Source: Candidatus Bipolaricaulota bacterium
GTDB taxonomy: Bacteria; Bipolaricaulota; Bipolaricaulia; UBA7950; UBA9294
DNA length: 51,320 nucleotides
Direction of reading: 5' to 3'
Assembly: GCA_040752575.1 (NCBI GenBank)
Contig: JBFMGK010000036.1
Coordinates: 1 to 51,320 of the forward strand
The notes under the pieces are model-generated. The model searched no databases and was not told the origin of the DNA. It worked only from the letters and a program-made list of their open reading frames with translations. This document shows positions 27,670 to 37,091 of the stretch, one piece after another. The position numbers were made by a program, and so were the translations under genes. Each line of letters starts with the position of its first letter. Position 1 is the first letter of the stretch.

Positions 27670-28584
27670 CTACGGCGGGGCGGGGTCGTCTGTGACCGCA
27701 CGCAGCTCCGACGTCGCCCATAGGACTTGGGGCGCCGTCTGCCCATCGAGAACCAAGGGAAGGCAACGCGCCAGCTCCGGATGCGCGTGCATGTCCACGT
27801 GGTTCATCCCGATGCATGCCGTGCGCTCAGCGCCGTCAAGCCACGCGGAGTCCATCGTGATGACCAGATCCGATCCCCGGCCGGCGAGCCCATCGGCAAC
27901 GCACTGCTCGAGGCATGCCGCGGGCTCCGGCCGCAATCCACAACCCGCGCAGCTCTGCCCCGCCATGGTGACGACACGAAGCGGGAAACGCGCGGCCGCG
28001 CGCGTCGCGGCGAGCAGAGGACTCCCAGGGGCCAACTCACTCCACAGCGGACCCGGCCAGAGAGGGAAGGCAACCATCTCGGTGCCGTGGTGAGGCGTTG
28101 CGAGGGTGATGAGCGTCCGCACGCTTGCCGGCGGACCCGAGGCAAGGCCGAACTGATCGGCGCATGACGCGATGAGCCCGATGAGGCCTCCCATGCTGTG
28201 GCCCACCATGTCGAGGGCCCCTTCACTCGAGCGGGCGGCGGCCCACGTCATCTCGACCGCGAGGCGCGCTGCGTAGGCCATCAGACTGCGCACCGTGGGC
28301 TCGTACGGCGTGGCGTAGTGCGCGACGAAGACGTCGCGGTGGACGTCGCTGAACGCCGCGAGGAAGTAGAGGCCGTGGTCACCGAGGTCGATCCACTCGG
28401 CTTCCTCGGTCGAGCGACCGGAAAGCGCTGAGGCAAAGGTCTCCCAGATGCGGAGGGGATCGAATCCTGGAACCGGCTGAAACCCGTAGACAAGCACGAC
28501 CGGCAGGGGAGATGCGAACGCGACGGAAGTCAGCGCGAGGATCGCCGCCAGGGCTAGGAGGAGCTTCGCCAGCCAGTGCCTTAC
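27670..28584 (-). CDS. Secreted lipase/esterase, alpha/beta hydrolase (start uncertain)
   Basis: Signal-like LAKLLLALAAILALTSVAFA; PVVLVYG, VGHSMGG, TLATPHHG, SDLVI, NH; frame open up to 28863. Confidence 0.8.
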   Translation of the reverse strand, partial: VRHWLAKLLLALAAILALTSVAFASPLPVVLVYGFQPVPGFDPLRIWETFASALSGRSTEEAEWIDLGDHGLYFLAAFSDVHRDVFVAHYATPYEPTVRSLMAYAARLAVEMTWAAARSSEGALDMVGHSMGGLIGLIASCADQFGLASGPPASVRTLITLATPHHGTEMVAFPLWPGPLWSELAPGSPLLAATRAAARFPLRVVTMAGQSCAGCGLRPEPAACLEQCVADGLAGRGSDLVITMDSAWLDGAERTACIGMNHVDMHAHPELARCLPLVLDGQTAPQVLWATSELRAVTDDPAPP

Positions 28585-28953
28585 TGCACGTCGGTTGGAG
28601 CGCTCCGCCGGATCGCCGCTCCGGCTTGCGAGACCTTCTGTCGCGCTGAGCAGGCCTCTGTCCGCTGCCGGGTGACGAGAGTCGGCGCTCCGCGGACTCG
28701 CGGACGTCGCCACGCAGGCGGTCCTGGAGCCGAACTTGCGCAGGCGGCGTCTACCGCCGCTGCCGTGATCGGCGGTGCGCTCGACCGACGCAAGGTCCCG
28801 GTAACCGACGCCGGGCACAGATCGAGGCCATGGCGTCTCCGGACGGATGGGTCTTGACGGCATGGAGAGAGAGTAGATGACACTCGCGGGACTGCCAAGC
28901 CGTGTTGCGAGGTGCGCTCCGACCGATGATCCTTGGGACTTCAGGGAGGATCG

Positions 28954-30204
28954 ATGAGGTCGAGGTGGGTTTCACGCTGCACAAGCTGCGGAAGAGCGCT
29001 TCCACCGCTGGCGCTGAGTTGCCCGCAGTGCCCCCGGGCCTTGCCGAGGAGCGATTACGCGGAGAGGCGATTTGTGGTCGGCGACCGCGAGGACCTGTTT
29101 CGTTTTTCCTCCTGGCTCCCCTGCGCAAGCACGGTGAAGACCGAGGTCGGCCCGCGCGTCGTCAAGGGGCGAAGACTGGCCGCCGCATTGGGGCTCGATG
29201 CGCTGTGGATCGCTTTCAACGGCTATGCCCCCGAGTGGGGAGCGCTGAACCCCACAGGGACCTTCAAGGACTTCGAGGCCCTCCCGACGCTCCTCCATCT
29301 TCGCGAACACGGGAAGGAGGAAATCGTCCTCGCTTCCGCCGGGAACACGGCACGGGCGTTCGCCCACGCGGCGACCGTTCTGGACATGGCCGCCGTCCTT
29401 GTCGTGCCCGAGGCGCTGACCCCTCTCGTGTGGAGTCCGCTTCCCGTTTCCGACTCCGTGCGTCTTGTCTCTGTGCGCGACGCGGACTACGCCGGATCCA
29501 TCGCGCTGGCGGGAGCAATCGCCGATCGCTGGGGCCTGGCCTCCGAGGGAGGGGCCCGAAACGTTGCCCGACGCGACGGGATGGCCACGGCCATGCTCGA
29601 GTACGCCCGGATCACCGGGGAATTGCCGCGCCACTATGTGCAAGCGATCGGAAGCGGCACCGGAGCGATCGCCGCGTGGGAAGCCTGCCTGCGCCTGCAG
29701 GGCGGTGGCGGGTTCTCTGGCCCGCTTCCCCGACTCCACTTGGCCCAAAACGCACCGTTTGCCCCGATTCACGAGGCATGGGACCAGGGGCAAGAGATCA
29801 GCGTTCCGGGCGACGAGCGAGAGGTCCTCAGGACCATCGACGAACTTGCGGCGCCCGTGCTCGCCAATCGCAACCCGCCGTATGCGCTGGTCGGAGGCGT
29901 TCGCGACGCGTTGCTCGAGACGAGGGGGAGAACCTATGCGGTCGACAACGCGGCCATTGCGGAAGCGCAGGTGCTCTTCGAGGCCTCCGAGGGCGTGCCT
30001 GTGGGTCCGGAAGGCGGGGCGGCGTTGGCTGCGCTGCGGGACGCCGTGGGGCGAGGGTGGATCCCGCGCGGCGACTCAGTGCTCCTTCACGTAACCGGAA
30101 ACGGAGATGCCGTTCTGCGGCGCGCCTCACGTCTGTGGCCGGTTCCGATCTGGCGCACCGTCTCGCTGAGTCAGGGGATTCCGGCGGCCTTGGCCAGCCT
30201 GTGA
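28954..30204 (+). CDS. Cysteate synthase (threonine-synthase-like PLP enzyme)
   Basis: CxxC..CxxC N-terminus, TGTFKDFEA (PLP Lys), ASAGNTARAF, EGGARNVARRDGM, QAIGSGTGAIAAWEA, LANRNPPY. Confidence 0.82.
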   Translation: MRSRWVSRCTSCGRALPPLALSCPQCPRALPRSDYAERRFVVGDREDLFRFSSWLPCASTVKTEVGPRVVKGRRLAAALGLDALWIAFNGYAPEWGALNPTGTFKDFEALPTLLHLREHGKEEIVLASAGNTARAFAHAATVLDMAAVLVVPEALTPLVWSPLPVSDSVRLVSVRDADYAGSIALAGAIADRWGLASEGGARNVARRDGMATAMLEYARITGELPRHYVQAIGSGTGAIAAWEACLRLQGGGGFSGPLPRLHLAQNAPFAPIHEAWDQGQEISVPGDEREVLRTIDELAAPVLANRNPPYALVGGVRDALLETRGRTYAVDNAAIAEAQVLFEASEGVPVGPEGGAALAALRDAVGRGWIPRGDSVLLHVTGNGDAVLRRASRLWPVPIWRTVSLSQGIPAALASL

Positions 30205-30347
30205 GCTCGGACACTCGCGCCGCGACGGCGGGACGCGGGGGGCTGCGACGGCTGGGCCGACCGTGTATGCTCAGACCCTCCTCGAACAGGGGACAAGACT
30301 CTCGCGAAAAGGATGCGGCAGGTCGCTCGCCGGCCCGCCGGGGATCG

Positions 30348-30719
30348 ATGAGGCAAGCGAACGATCTTTCATTGGGTCCAGCCCTCGCTCGGCGAAGGCC
30401 GTTGTGGCGGGCAGCAAGAGCTGTGGGTTGGACGGCCGCTTCCCCGTGGCGACTGGCGCGCACGCACGGCCTCAATCCGTGGGTGTTCGTTGCGATGTCT
30501 TTCGTGGGGTGGGTGATCCACGCGCTCGTGTACTTGCCATGGTTCCGCAGTGACGGTTGGCAGCTTGCATTCCTGATTCTCTTGCGCCTTGTCGCCCTCG
30601 TGATCCCTGCGTACATCGTACTGCGGGGTCGGGGACTGGCGGCAGCGTTCCGCGGTTCGGTCGCCGGGATGTTCCTCGCCAATACGGCGTGGCACGTTTG
30701 CTACTACGTCTACTTCTGA
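30348..30719 (+). CDS. Small membrane protein
   Basis: Three hydrophobic segments (HGLNPWVF..., LVIPAYIV...); ends 1 nt before the next gene; start uncertain. Confidence 0.6.
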   Translation: MRQANDLSLGPALARRRPLWRAARAVGWTAASPWRLARTHGLNPWVFVAMSFVGWVIHALVYLPWFRSDGWQLAFLILLRLVALVIPAYIVLRGRGLAAAFRGSVAGMFLANTAWHVCYYVYF

Positions 30720-30720
30720 C

Positions 30721-31257
30721 ATGACCGACGTGCGTGAGTTCCGACGACGCCAGATCTCGTGGAGAGACGACGCGGATCTCTTGTGGGGCGCGCTGTCCAG
30801 CGGGGGCGCGTTTCTTGTCGTCCTCGGCGAGGATCGACGACCCAATCCGATGACCGTCGGCTGGGGGCAGATCGGGATCGTGTGGAGCCGGCCCGTGTTC
30901 ACGGCGTACGTCCGAGAGAGCCGCTACACCCACTCCTGCGTTCAATGCGCTGAGGCTTTTGCCGTGAGCGTTCCCGCGCCGGGTACGCTTCGCGAGGCCC
31001 TTGCTCTCTGCGGATCGAAGTCAGGACGAGAGATGGACAAGTTCGCGGCCGCGGGCCTGACGCCGTATCCCGCCACGGCGGTCGACACGGCGGTCGTCGC
31101 TGAGTGCGTGCTCCACTACGAGTGTCGCATCGTAGCGCGCACCCAACAGGAACTTGCCGAGATTGTCACGCGAGATGTCACGGCCCGCTTTTACCCCAAA
31201 GGAGACCCGCATCTGATCGTGCTCGGGGAGATCGTGAGTGCCTACCGGACCGACTAG
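30721..31257 (+). CDS. Flavin reductase / flavoredoxin family protein
   Basis: NPMTVGWG, VRESRYT, CGSKSGREMDKF, YECRI, H.IVLGEIV. Confidence 0.92.
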   Translation: MTDVREFRRRQISWRDDADLLWGALSSGGAFLVVLGEDRRPNPMTVGWGQIGIVWSRPVFTAYVRESRYTHSCVQCAEAFAVSVPAPGTLREALALCGSKSGREMDKFAAAGLTPYPATAVDTAVVAECVLHYECRIVARTQQELAEIVTRDVTARFYPKGDPHLIVLGEIVSAYRTD

Positions 31258-32831
31258 GACGACGGCGCTTCGGTGAGGACCCGGGCTCCTGCGGGCCCCT
31301 GAGAGGGCATCCCGGCGCCGAAGTACTCCGCGAGGGCGTCGGACATAAGCCACCCGGTGTCGTAGCGAGAGTCGGCCTCGGCGAAGGACGAATACCCGTC
31401 GCCTCCCCCTGCAAGGAAGTCGTTCGTTGCGACGCGATAGACCCTGCCAGAGTCCAGCGCGGCGTACTCGGACGTGCCGGGGTCCCAGACCTCGATGCGG
31501 AGAACGCGAGATCCGGGGGAAGCTTCCAGGCTGACGTGGAGGCGGAGCCCGGAGACCTGGGGGAAGCGGCCGGCTTGGCTCTCGACTTGGCTGAGCCCGT
31601 TCTCGAGGGCTTGCGTCAGCATGTCTCCGCGCAGCTCCAGAACCGCGATCGCGTTGCCGAACGGCAGGACGGCGAGGATCTGCCCCATCGTGATCTCGCC
31701 GCGCGGGATCGAGGCGCGGATGCCTCCGCCATTCTGCACGGCAATCTCCGTTCCGAACGCCGCTGTCTTCCACCTCATGGCGTCGGCGATCGCGTTGCCG
31801 AGACTCGTCTCGCGGCTGCGAACCGCCTCGCGCTCGCCATCGAGGTCCTCGTCGGTCTCACCGACGGGGCGGCCGAGGAGCGCTTGGGCGAGCTCCTCGT
31901 AAGGACGGAGGATCTGGCGGACGTCCTCGGCCTCTGCGACGTCGGGGGACGTCGCCAACAGCTGACCCGTCGCGGACCTCACGGTGCCGTTGCGGAAGGT
32001 GACGTCCAACCGCCCGAGCGACGTTCCCCACTCCCCGGCCGTCACGACGACGACCGGCTCGCCGTTCGGGGACTCGACGATCGTCGGATAGGGAGCCTCA
32101 GGGTCTCCTACCGAGAGGACCGTGTGACTGTGCCCCCCCACGATCACATCCAGGCCGGCGACACACGCCGCCAGCGCGAGGTCCTCCGCGTATCCGAGAT
32201 GCGTCAGGGCAACGATCACACGCACTCCCTGCTCCTCGAGAGAGCGGACGGCGGCCCTGGCCGAGTCGACAGCCGACGAGAAATGGACCGACGGCCCTGG
32301 ACTGGAGGCGAACGCGGTGTCCGCGGTGGTGAGCCCGACGACGGCGACGACCTCGTCGCCGAACAGGAAGACGTCGTAGGGCAAGAGCTCATTCCCGAGT
32401 GGCGACGTTGCGTCCACGGTCACGTTGGCCGAGAGGAGGGGAAACCGGACTCGCGCGGCCAGACGCGCCAGTTCCTCTGGACCCCTGTCGAACTCGTGGT
32501 TACCGACCGTCATGGCGTCGTAGCCGAGGGCATTCATCACCTCGGCGACCATCTCGGCTCCGCCGACCACAAAGGGGAGCGTTCCCTGGAACTGGTCGCC
32601 TGCATCCAACAGGAGTGTGTGGTCTCTCTCGGCGCGAACCTCGCGAATCCGCGTCGCCAGCCGCGCCGCTCCGGCTCCGAGTTCGTCGTCCCAGGGTACG
32701 TAGTGGCTGTGGACATCGTTCGTGTGCAGAATCGTGAGCGAGAAGGAGCTTCCCTCTCGCCCGGCGTCCCATGTTCCCAAGACGACGAGCAGCCCGAGGG
32801 CGAGCCCGAGAACGACCAGCTTCCAGTTCAT
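31254..32831 (-). CDS. 5'-nucleotidase (UshA family), exported
   Basis: LHTNDVH, DAGD, GNHEFD, LTHLG, GGHSH, NGGGIR, LPFGN, FLAGGGDGY. Confidence 0.96.
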   Translation of the reverse strand: MNWKLVVLGLALGLLVVLGTWDAGREGSSFSLTILHTNDVHSHYVPWDDELGAGAARLATRIREVRAERDHTLLLDAGDQFQGTLPFVVGGAEMVAEVMNALGYDAMTVGNHEFDRGPEELARLAARVRFPLLSANVTVDATSPLGNELLPYDVFLFGDEVVAVVGLTTADTAFASSPGPSVHFSSAVDSARAAVRSLEEQGVRVIVALTHLGYAEDLALAACVAGLDVIVGGHSHTVLSVGDPEAPYPTIVESPNGEPVVVVTAGEWGTSLGRLDVTFRNGTVRSATGQLLATSPDVAEAEDVRQILRPYEELAQALLGRPVGETDEDLDGEREAVRSRETSLGNAIADAMRWKTAAFGTEIAVQNGGGIRASIPRGEITMGQILAVLPFGNAIAVLELRGDMLTQALENGLSQVESQAGRFPQVSGLRLHVSLEASPGSRVLRIEVWDPGTSEYAALDSGRVYRVATNDFLAGGGDGYSSFAEADSRYDTGWLMSDALAEYFGAGMPSQGPAGARVLTEAPSS

Positions 32832-32898
32832 GCCTCACCTCTTGTCGCGGCCGTCCTTCCGCCCAACCGAGCACAAGGTGCCGCACGCGTCGGCCGCG

Positions 32899-32928
32899 AG
32901 TCTAAGAAACGAGCGAGCGTCAGGTCAA
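32899..32928 (-). promoter_or_regulatory. sigma70 promoter of 5'-nucleotidase
   Basis: TTGACC-N18-TAGACT. Confidence 0.55.
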
Positions 32929-33103
32929 CTGGGCCGGTGGGTGCGCGGCGGTGCGGTTCTGGAGGGAAATGTCGATCCGATAATCGCGCATGCGGCTCGA
33001 GACCCATGCCGTAAGCCGCTGTCGACGCGCTAGGGAGCGCCCTGCCGCAAGGGAGCTTGCCGCCGAGGTCTGCCAACGACGCGATCAACACAGACGCCGC
33101 GCC

Positions 33104-34174
33104 TCAACGCGCCCAACTGAGGTGTCGTCTGCGGATCTCCACCGCGAGCCTCCCGGACTCCGCGCCATCTGCCGCGAGGAGTTCGGCATAGACGAGGACG
33201 GGGTGAGCGATGCGCAGGCCCAGGTCCTCGGACGGGCGTCCGATGTCGCCTGCGAACGCCTCGGCCATTTCCACGCTGCCCTCGGGCGCGGGAACGAGCT
33301 GGAACGCGCGCTGCACGCGCCCCCGCTCCTCTTCCGGGACGTACAGCCTTAGGGACTGGGCCGATCGCCCGCCGGTCAACAGGTCGGCGGCGTACTCGCC
33401 GCCCACGGTGAGGTGTTCGAGCGACATCTCCTCGGCGGCGGCGTAGAGCATGGCGCGAAGGTCAGAACGGCCGGCCGGGCGATAGCGACCGAGGGCGATG
33501 CGCGGGTGCAGCGTGTCCGCATAGGCCCGCACCCACATCTCGAGCAGCCTCGTCCCGTGAACGATCTCGTAGGTTCCGCGCCCGCGGCGTTCAAGAATGC
33601 CCGCCTTGACCCACTCGGACACCAGTTTCGAGATCATCCCAAGCGAAACGCCCGTGCTCTCTTCGACGTCGCGGTACGTCGCCTCCACGAGAGGGCCGCA
33701 CGCGAGGATCTCGTAAAGAACTTTGGCCCCTTGTTCGCTCATCCAGTGCGCCCGCGATGCCGGCGAAGGCGCGGGTCGCTTTCCGACGACGTAAACCAGA
33801 ACGCTTCCGGGGATCTGCACGTAGGCGTTGCCTGCGGCGTCCGCAAACCAGATGCCCCGGTCGCGCAGTTTCCCTGCCAAGGACTCCGTCACGTACGTCG
33901 AGGCGACGAGCGCGGTCTCAAGATGGGCTTCGTTCCGAAGCCTCTCGACATCGCTCTCGATGGAGGCCAACAGCGATGGGCGAAGGGTTGGGCGCGCCAG
34001 CACGCCGACCTCAAAGGTCGGCCCGCCGCGAACGGCCATCCGATAAACGGCGTCGACGACGCCAGCCAAGCCGCGGTGCCGCGCCTTGGCCAGTTGGCAT
34101 CCGCGACCCCAATGAGACCGGAGGTGCTGCACACACTCGGAGATCAAGTCCTCGCGGCGTTCGATGTTCACCAT
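33104..34174 (-). CDS. AbiEi-type (AbiEi_2/DUF2186-like) transcriptional regulator / type IV antitoxin
   Basis: FADAAGNAYV, wHTH TYRDVEESTGVSLGMISK, LLEMW..AY, GGEYAADLL, AHPVLVYAELL. Start moved to ATG 34174 because ATG 34201 abuts the -10 box. Confidence 0.85.
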   Translation of the reverse strand: MVNIERREDLISECVQHLRSHWGRGCQLAKARHRGLAGVVDAVYRMAVRGGPTFEVGVLARPTLRPSLLASIESDVERLRNEAHLETALVASTYVTESLAGKLRDRGIWFADAAGNAYVQIPGSVLVYVVGKRPAPSPASRAHWMSEQGAKVLYEILACGPLVEATYRDVEESTGVSLGMISKLVSEWVKAGILERRGRGTYEIVHGTRLLEMWVRAYADTLHPRIALGRYRPAGRSDLRAMLYAAAEEMSLEHLTVGGEYAADLLTGGRSAQSLRLYVPEEERGRVQRAFQLVPAPEGSVEMAEAFAGDIGRPSEDLGLRIAHPVLVYAELLAADGAESGRLAVEIRRRHLSWAR

Positions 34175-34230
34175 GGTGGGAAGTTCACGTAGCGTGAACA
34201 TAGTCTACTGGTGAACAAAGGAACCGTCAA
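34165..34230 (-). promoter_or_regulatory. Promoter plus 25-bp inverted-repeat operator of the AbiEi-like gene
   Basis: TTGACG(34230-34225)-N17-TAGACT(34207-34202); GTTCAC at 34166 and 34183, GTGAAC at 34194 and 34211. Confidence 0.8.
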
Positions 34231-34416
34231 TGCCCAAGGGTAGCAGCGTACGAGTGACACGCGCGAGGCACGGAGAGGACGCCGCAGGGATACGGGAAGT
34301 CGACCCTTGCCGCGAGTGCGGATCGCCGCCAGGCGCGGGGATCGCGGGGCGCCGCGAGGGCGATCCGCTGCAACGCCGGCTCGGACGACGGGGCCGAGCG
34401 ATCCGGAGCCCGCGTA

Positions 34417-34432
34417 CGTGATCCACATCACC
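34417..34432. promoter_or_regulatory. CRP/FNR-family-like box
   Basis: CGTGA-TCCACA-TCACC versus consensus TGTGA-N6-TCACA. Confidence 0.35.
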
Positions 34433-34658
34433 GACTGGAGGGCCGGAAGAGGGCACAATGCAGCGCTGGTTTGCCTCTGACAAGAGGGTAGCGGCCGAGG
34501 GAAGCCTGACTCGGCCGCATCGTTCCTCCTCGGCGAAGATGCCTTCCGGGGCGGCTTCTCGTCCCCGAGACTACGACTCCCGGTCGCGCGTCGCGGACGT
34601 CCCATTGACCTCGTCCCTCCCTTGCCGCTACGTTGTCTCAGCAAGGAGGTGCAGGGGA

Positions 34659-35558
34659 ATGAAGAGGGTTCTCTTGGTTCTGTGTGTGGTGGCAGTCTGC
34701 GCGCTTCCGACTGCGGCCGCCGATCCGTACATCGTCGCGTCGGACATTCCATGGGCGCCGTTCGAGATGGTGACCAGCGGAGGCGAGTTCTTCGGCTTCG
34801 ATCTCGACCTGATTCGCGCGATCGGCGCTACCGCGGGGTTCGAGGTCGAGATCCGTAACGTTGCCTTCGATGCGATCATCGAAAACGTCCGGTCGGGGCT
34901 CGCAGACATCGGGGCGTCCGGCTTCACGATCACCGCGGAGCGAGATGTCGCGGTCGACTTCTCCGCTCCGTACTATTTGTCGAACCAGGCCGTTGTGGTT
35001 AGGAAGGACTCGGGGCTCAACATCGTTACCGCGCTTGCGGGCCTTGGAGCGCGGGGGGCCGTAGGAGCACAGAACGCCACGACAGGGTATTGGTGGATCG
35101 AGGGTCTGCAGGAGGCTGGGGTCGACGTCGAGCTCAAGGGATACGAGACCTATCCTGCCGCCATCCTCGACCTTGTCAACGGACGCATCGATGCTGTCGT
35201 TCAGGACGAGCCGGCTTCGCAAGCATCGATCCGCTCGTACCCCGACGACCTCACCGTGGCCGGGATCGTGAACACGTACGAGTACTTCGGCTTCCTCGTC
35301 CAGGACAAGGATCCTGAAGGGCTTCTCCCGAAGATCAACGCGGCGCTCCAAACCCTGGGGCTCACGACGGTCGAGGCGCCAGGGGGCCTTCAGGAACTGA
35401 TCGTCGCGCCGGGGAGCTTCCTCGACGGGCTCCTTGCGATCTACATGGGCCCGGACCTCTCGGCGGTCACGGCTGCCTGGGGCAAGCATGGGGGTCTCCT
35501 CCTCGCGGGCGACCTCTCCGGCTACATCGCCGCGATGAAGGCCGAGCTCGGCTTGTAG
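34659..35558 (+). CDS. Polar amino acid ABC transporter substrate-binding protein
   Basis: Signal peptide; WAPFE, GFDLDL, TITAER, VDFSAPYY, GRIDAVVQD; TTGACC-N18-TACGTT and AAGGAGG upstream. Confidence 0.94.
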   Translation: MKRVLLVLCVVAVCALPTAAADPYIVASDIPWAPFEMVTSGGEFFGFDLDLIRAIGATAGFEVEIRNVAFDAIIENVRSGLADIGASGFTITAERDVAVDFSAPYYLSNQAVVVRKDSGLNIVTALAGLGARGAVGAQNATTGYWWIEGLQEAGVDVELKGYETYPAAILDLVNGRIDAVVQDEPASQASIRSYPDDLTVAGIVNTYEYFGFLVQDKDPEGLLPKINAALQTLGLTTVEAPGGLQELIVAPGSFLDGLLAIYMGPDLSAVTAAWGKHGGLLLAGDLSGYIAAMKAELGL

Positions 35559-35574
35559 CACAGACGCGGACTAG

Positions 35575-35608
35575 GCGGGGGCCCGCCCCGGGCGGTGCGG
35601 GTCCCCGC
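35575..35608 (+). other. Intercistronic stem-loop after the substrate-binding gene
   Basis: GCGGGGGCCCGC / GCGGGTCCCCGC 12-bp stem with one G-U pair; typical position for an mRNA-stabilising hairpin. Confidence 0.45.
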
Positions 35609-35633
35609 GTCTTGCCAAAAGGAGACGGCCGAG

Positions 35634-36326
35634 GTGCTTCACGACCTGGCGGAGTACGTTCCGCTGTTGCTGAGAATGTCCCTCGTGAATGTGGCGCTTC
35701 TGTTTTCGCTGCTCTGCGTCGGCTTCGCCCTCGGAACCCTCGTCGCCGTCGTCCAGGTGTACGGCCGAAGGCTAGCCTCGGCCGCGGCGGCCGGATATGC
35801 CTGGGTGTTCCGGAGCATCCCGTCTCTCGTCCTGCTGTTCCTCGTGTACTACGGCCCCCCCCGGCTTGGCCTCCGGATCTCGCCTTTTCTGGCTGCGACG
35901 CTCGCGCTAGGTCTCTGCTCCTCCGGTTACCAATCGCAGATCTTCCGCGGTGCATTGCTGGCGATTTCGGGCGGACAGATGCAGGCGGCGCGCTCGTTGG
36001 GCATGAGCCGTGGCCGAGCCATTCGCACGATCCTCTTGCCGCAAGCGTTCCGGCTCGCGATTCCCGGGTGGTCGAACGAGTTCTCGTCGGTCGTGAAGGA
36101 TACGACGCTGGCCTACGTGGTCGGCCTCAACGAAGTCATGCGCGCGACGCGCATCATCAACGACACGCGATACGACCTGACCATGCCGGCCCTCTTGCTT
36201 ACGGCGGCCCTGTTCCTGCTCATGACGAACGCTGGCAACCTCGGGCTCGGAGCCGTCGAACGACGATTCGGTATCCCGGGATTGCAGATGCCCGGCCGCG
36301 GTCGAGCGACGGATCTAGGCCGCTAG
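35634..36326 (+). CDS. Amino acid ABC transporter permease
   Basis: FRSIPSLV, GQMQAARSLGM, ILLPQAF, VKDTTL. Confidence 0.94.
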   Translation: MLHDLAEYVPLLLRMSLVNVALLFSLLCVGFALGTLVAVVQVYGRRLASAAAAGYAWVFRSIPSLVLLFLVYYGPPRLGLRISPFLAATLALGLCSSGYQSQIFRGALLAISGGQMQAARSLGMSRGRAIRTILLPQAFRLAIPGWSNEFSSVVKDTTLAYVVGLNEVMRATRIINDTRYDLTMPALLLTAALFLLMTNAGNLGLGAVERRFGIPGLQMPGRGRATDLGR

Positions 36327-36338
36327 GAAGGAGATGCG

Positions 36339-37091
36339 TTGGCGCTGTTGCGCGTAGAAGACCTCCACAAGCGGTACGGGAAGGAAGAGGTGATCCGCGG
36401 CGTCTCCTTCTCGCTGGAGCGCGGCGAGACGAAAGTCGTCATTGGGCCCTCTGGCACCGGGAAGAGCACGCTTCTGCGATGCATCAACCAACTGACCGTT
36501 CCGGACAAGGGGCGCGTTTGGCTCGAAGATGCAGAGATCACGCATGCCCGGACGAACATCAATCACATCCGTGCACAGATCGGATTCGTCTTCCAGAACT
36601 TCAATCTCTTCACGCACCTAACTGCCCTGGGGAACGTCCGCATTGGCCCGATGAAGGTGAAGGGACTGAGCAAGGATGAAGCCACCGCGTTGGCGCGCGA
36701 GGAACTTGCCCGCGTCGGCCTCGCCGACAAGGCCAGCAGCTACCCGGCGGAGCTCTCCGGCGGACAACAGCAGCGAGTGTCGATTGCGCGCGCGTTGGCG
36801 ATGGGCCCGAAGCTCATCCTGTTCGACGAGCCCACGTCGGCCCTCGACCCGGAACTCATCGGCGAGGTGCTGCAGGTCATGACAAGCCTCGCCCGGGAGG
36901 GCATGACGATGCTCGTCGTGTCGCACGAGATGGGTTTCGCTCGGTCGGTGGCTGACGAGATCATCTTCATGGAGAAGGGCGTAGTCGTGGAGCAGTGCAA
37001 CCCTCAACAGATGTTCACGTGCCCGAGCCATCCGCGGACGGCGGAATTCCTGCGTAAGATCACCGAGTTGTATGGGGAGACCGGGTTATGA
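36339..37091 (+). CDS. Amino acid ABC transporter ATP-binding protein (GlnQ-like)
   Basis: GPSGTGKST, LSGGQQQR, FDEPTSALDPE, HEMGFA. Confidence 0.96.
   Translation: MALLRVEDLHKRYGKEEVIRGVSFSLERGETKVVIGPSGTGKSTLLRCINQLTVPDKGRVWLEDAEITHARTNINHIRAQIGFVFQNFNLFTHLTALGNVRIGPMKVKGLSKDEATALAREELARVGLADKASSYPAELSGGQQQRVSIARALAMGPKLILFDEPTSALDPELIGEVLQVMTSLAREGMTMLVVSHEMGFARSVADEIIFMEKGVVVEQCNPQQMFTCPSHPRTAEFLRKITELYGETGL

Noticed and set aside
32828..33091. 87-aa ORF as the missing AbiEii toxin
   Set aside because: No nucleotidyltransferase motif, too short, and it overlaps the 5'-nucleotidase promoter.
34270..34490. Glycine or c-di-GMP riboswitch upstream of the amino acid transporter
   Set aside because: Only fragments (GGAGAG, GGCAAAC) match; the core motifs are missing.
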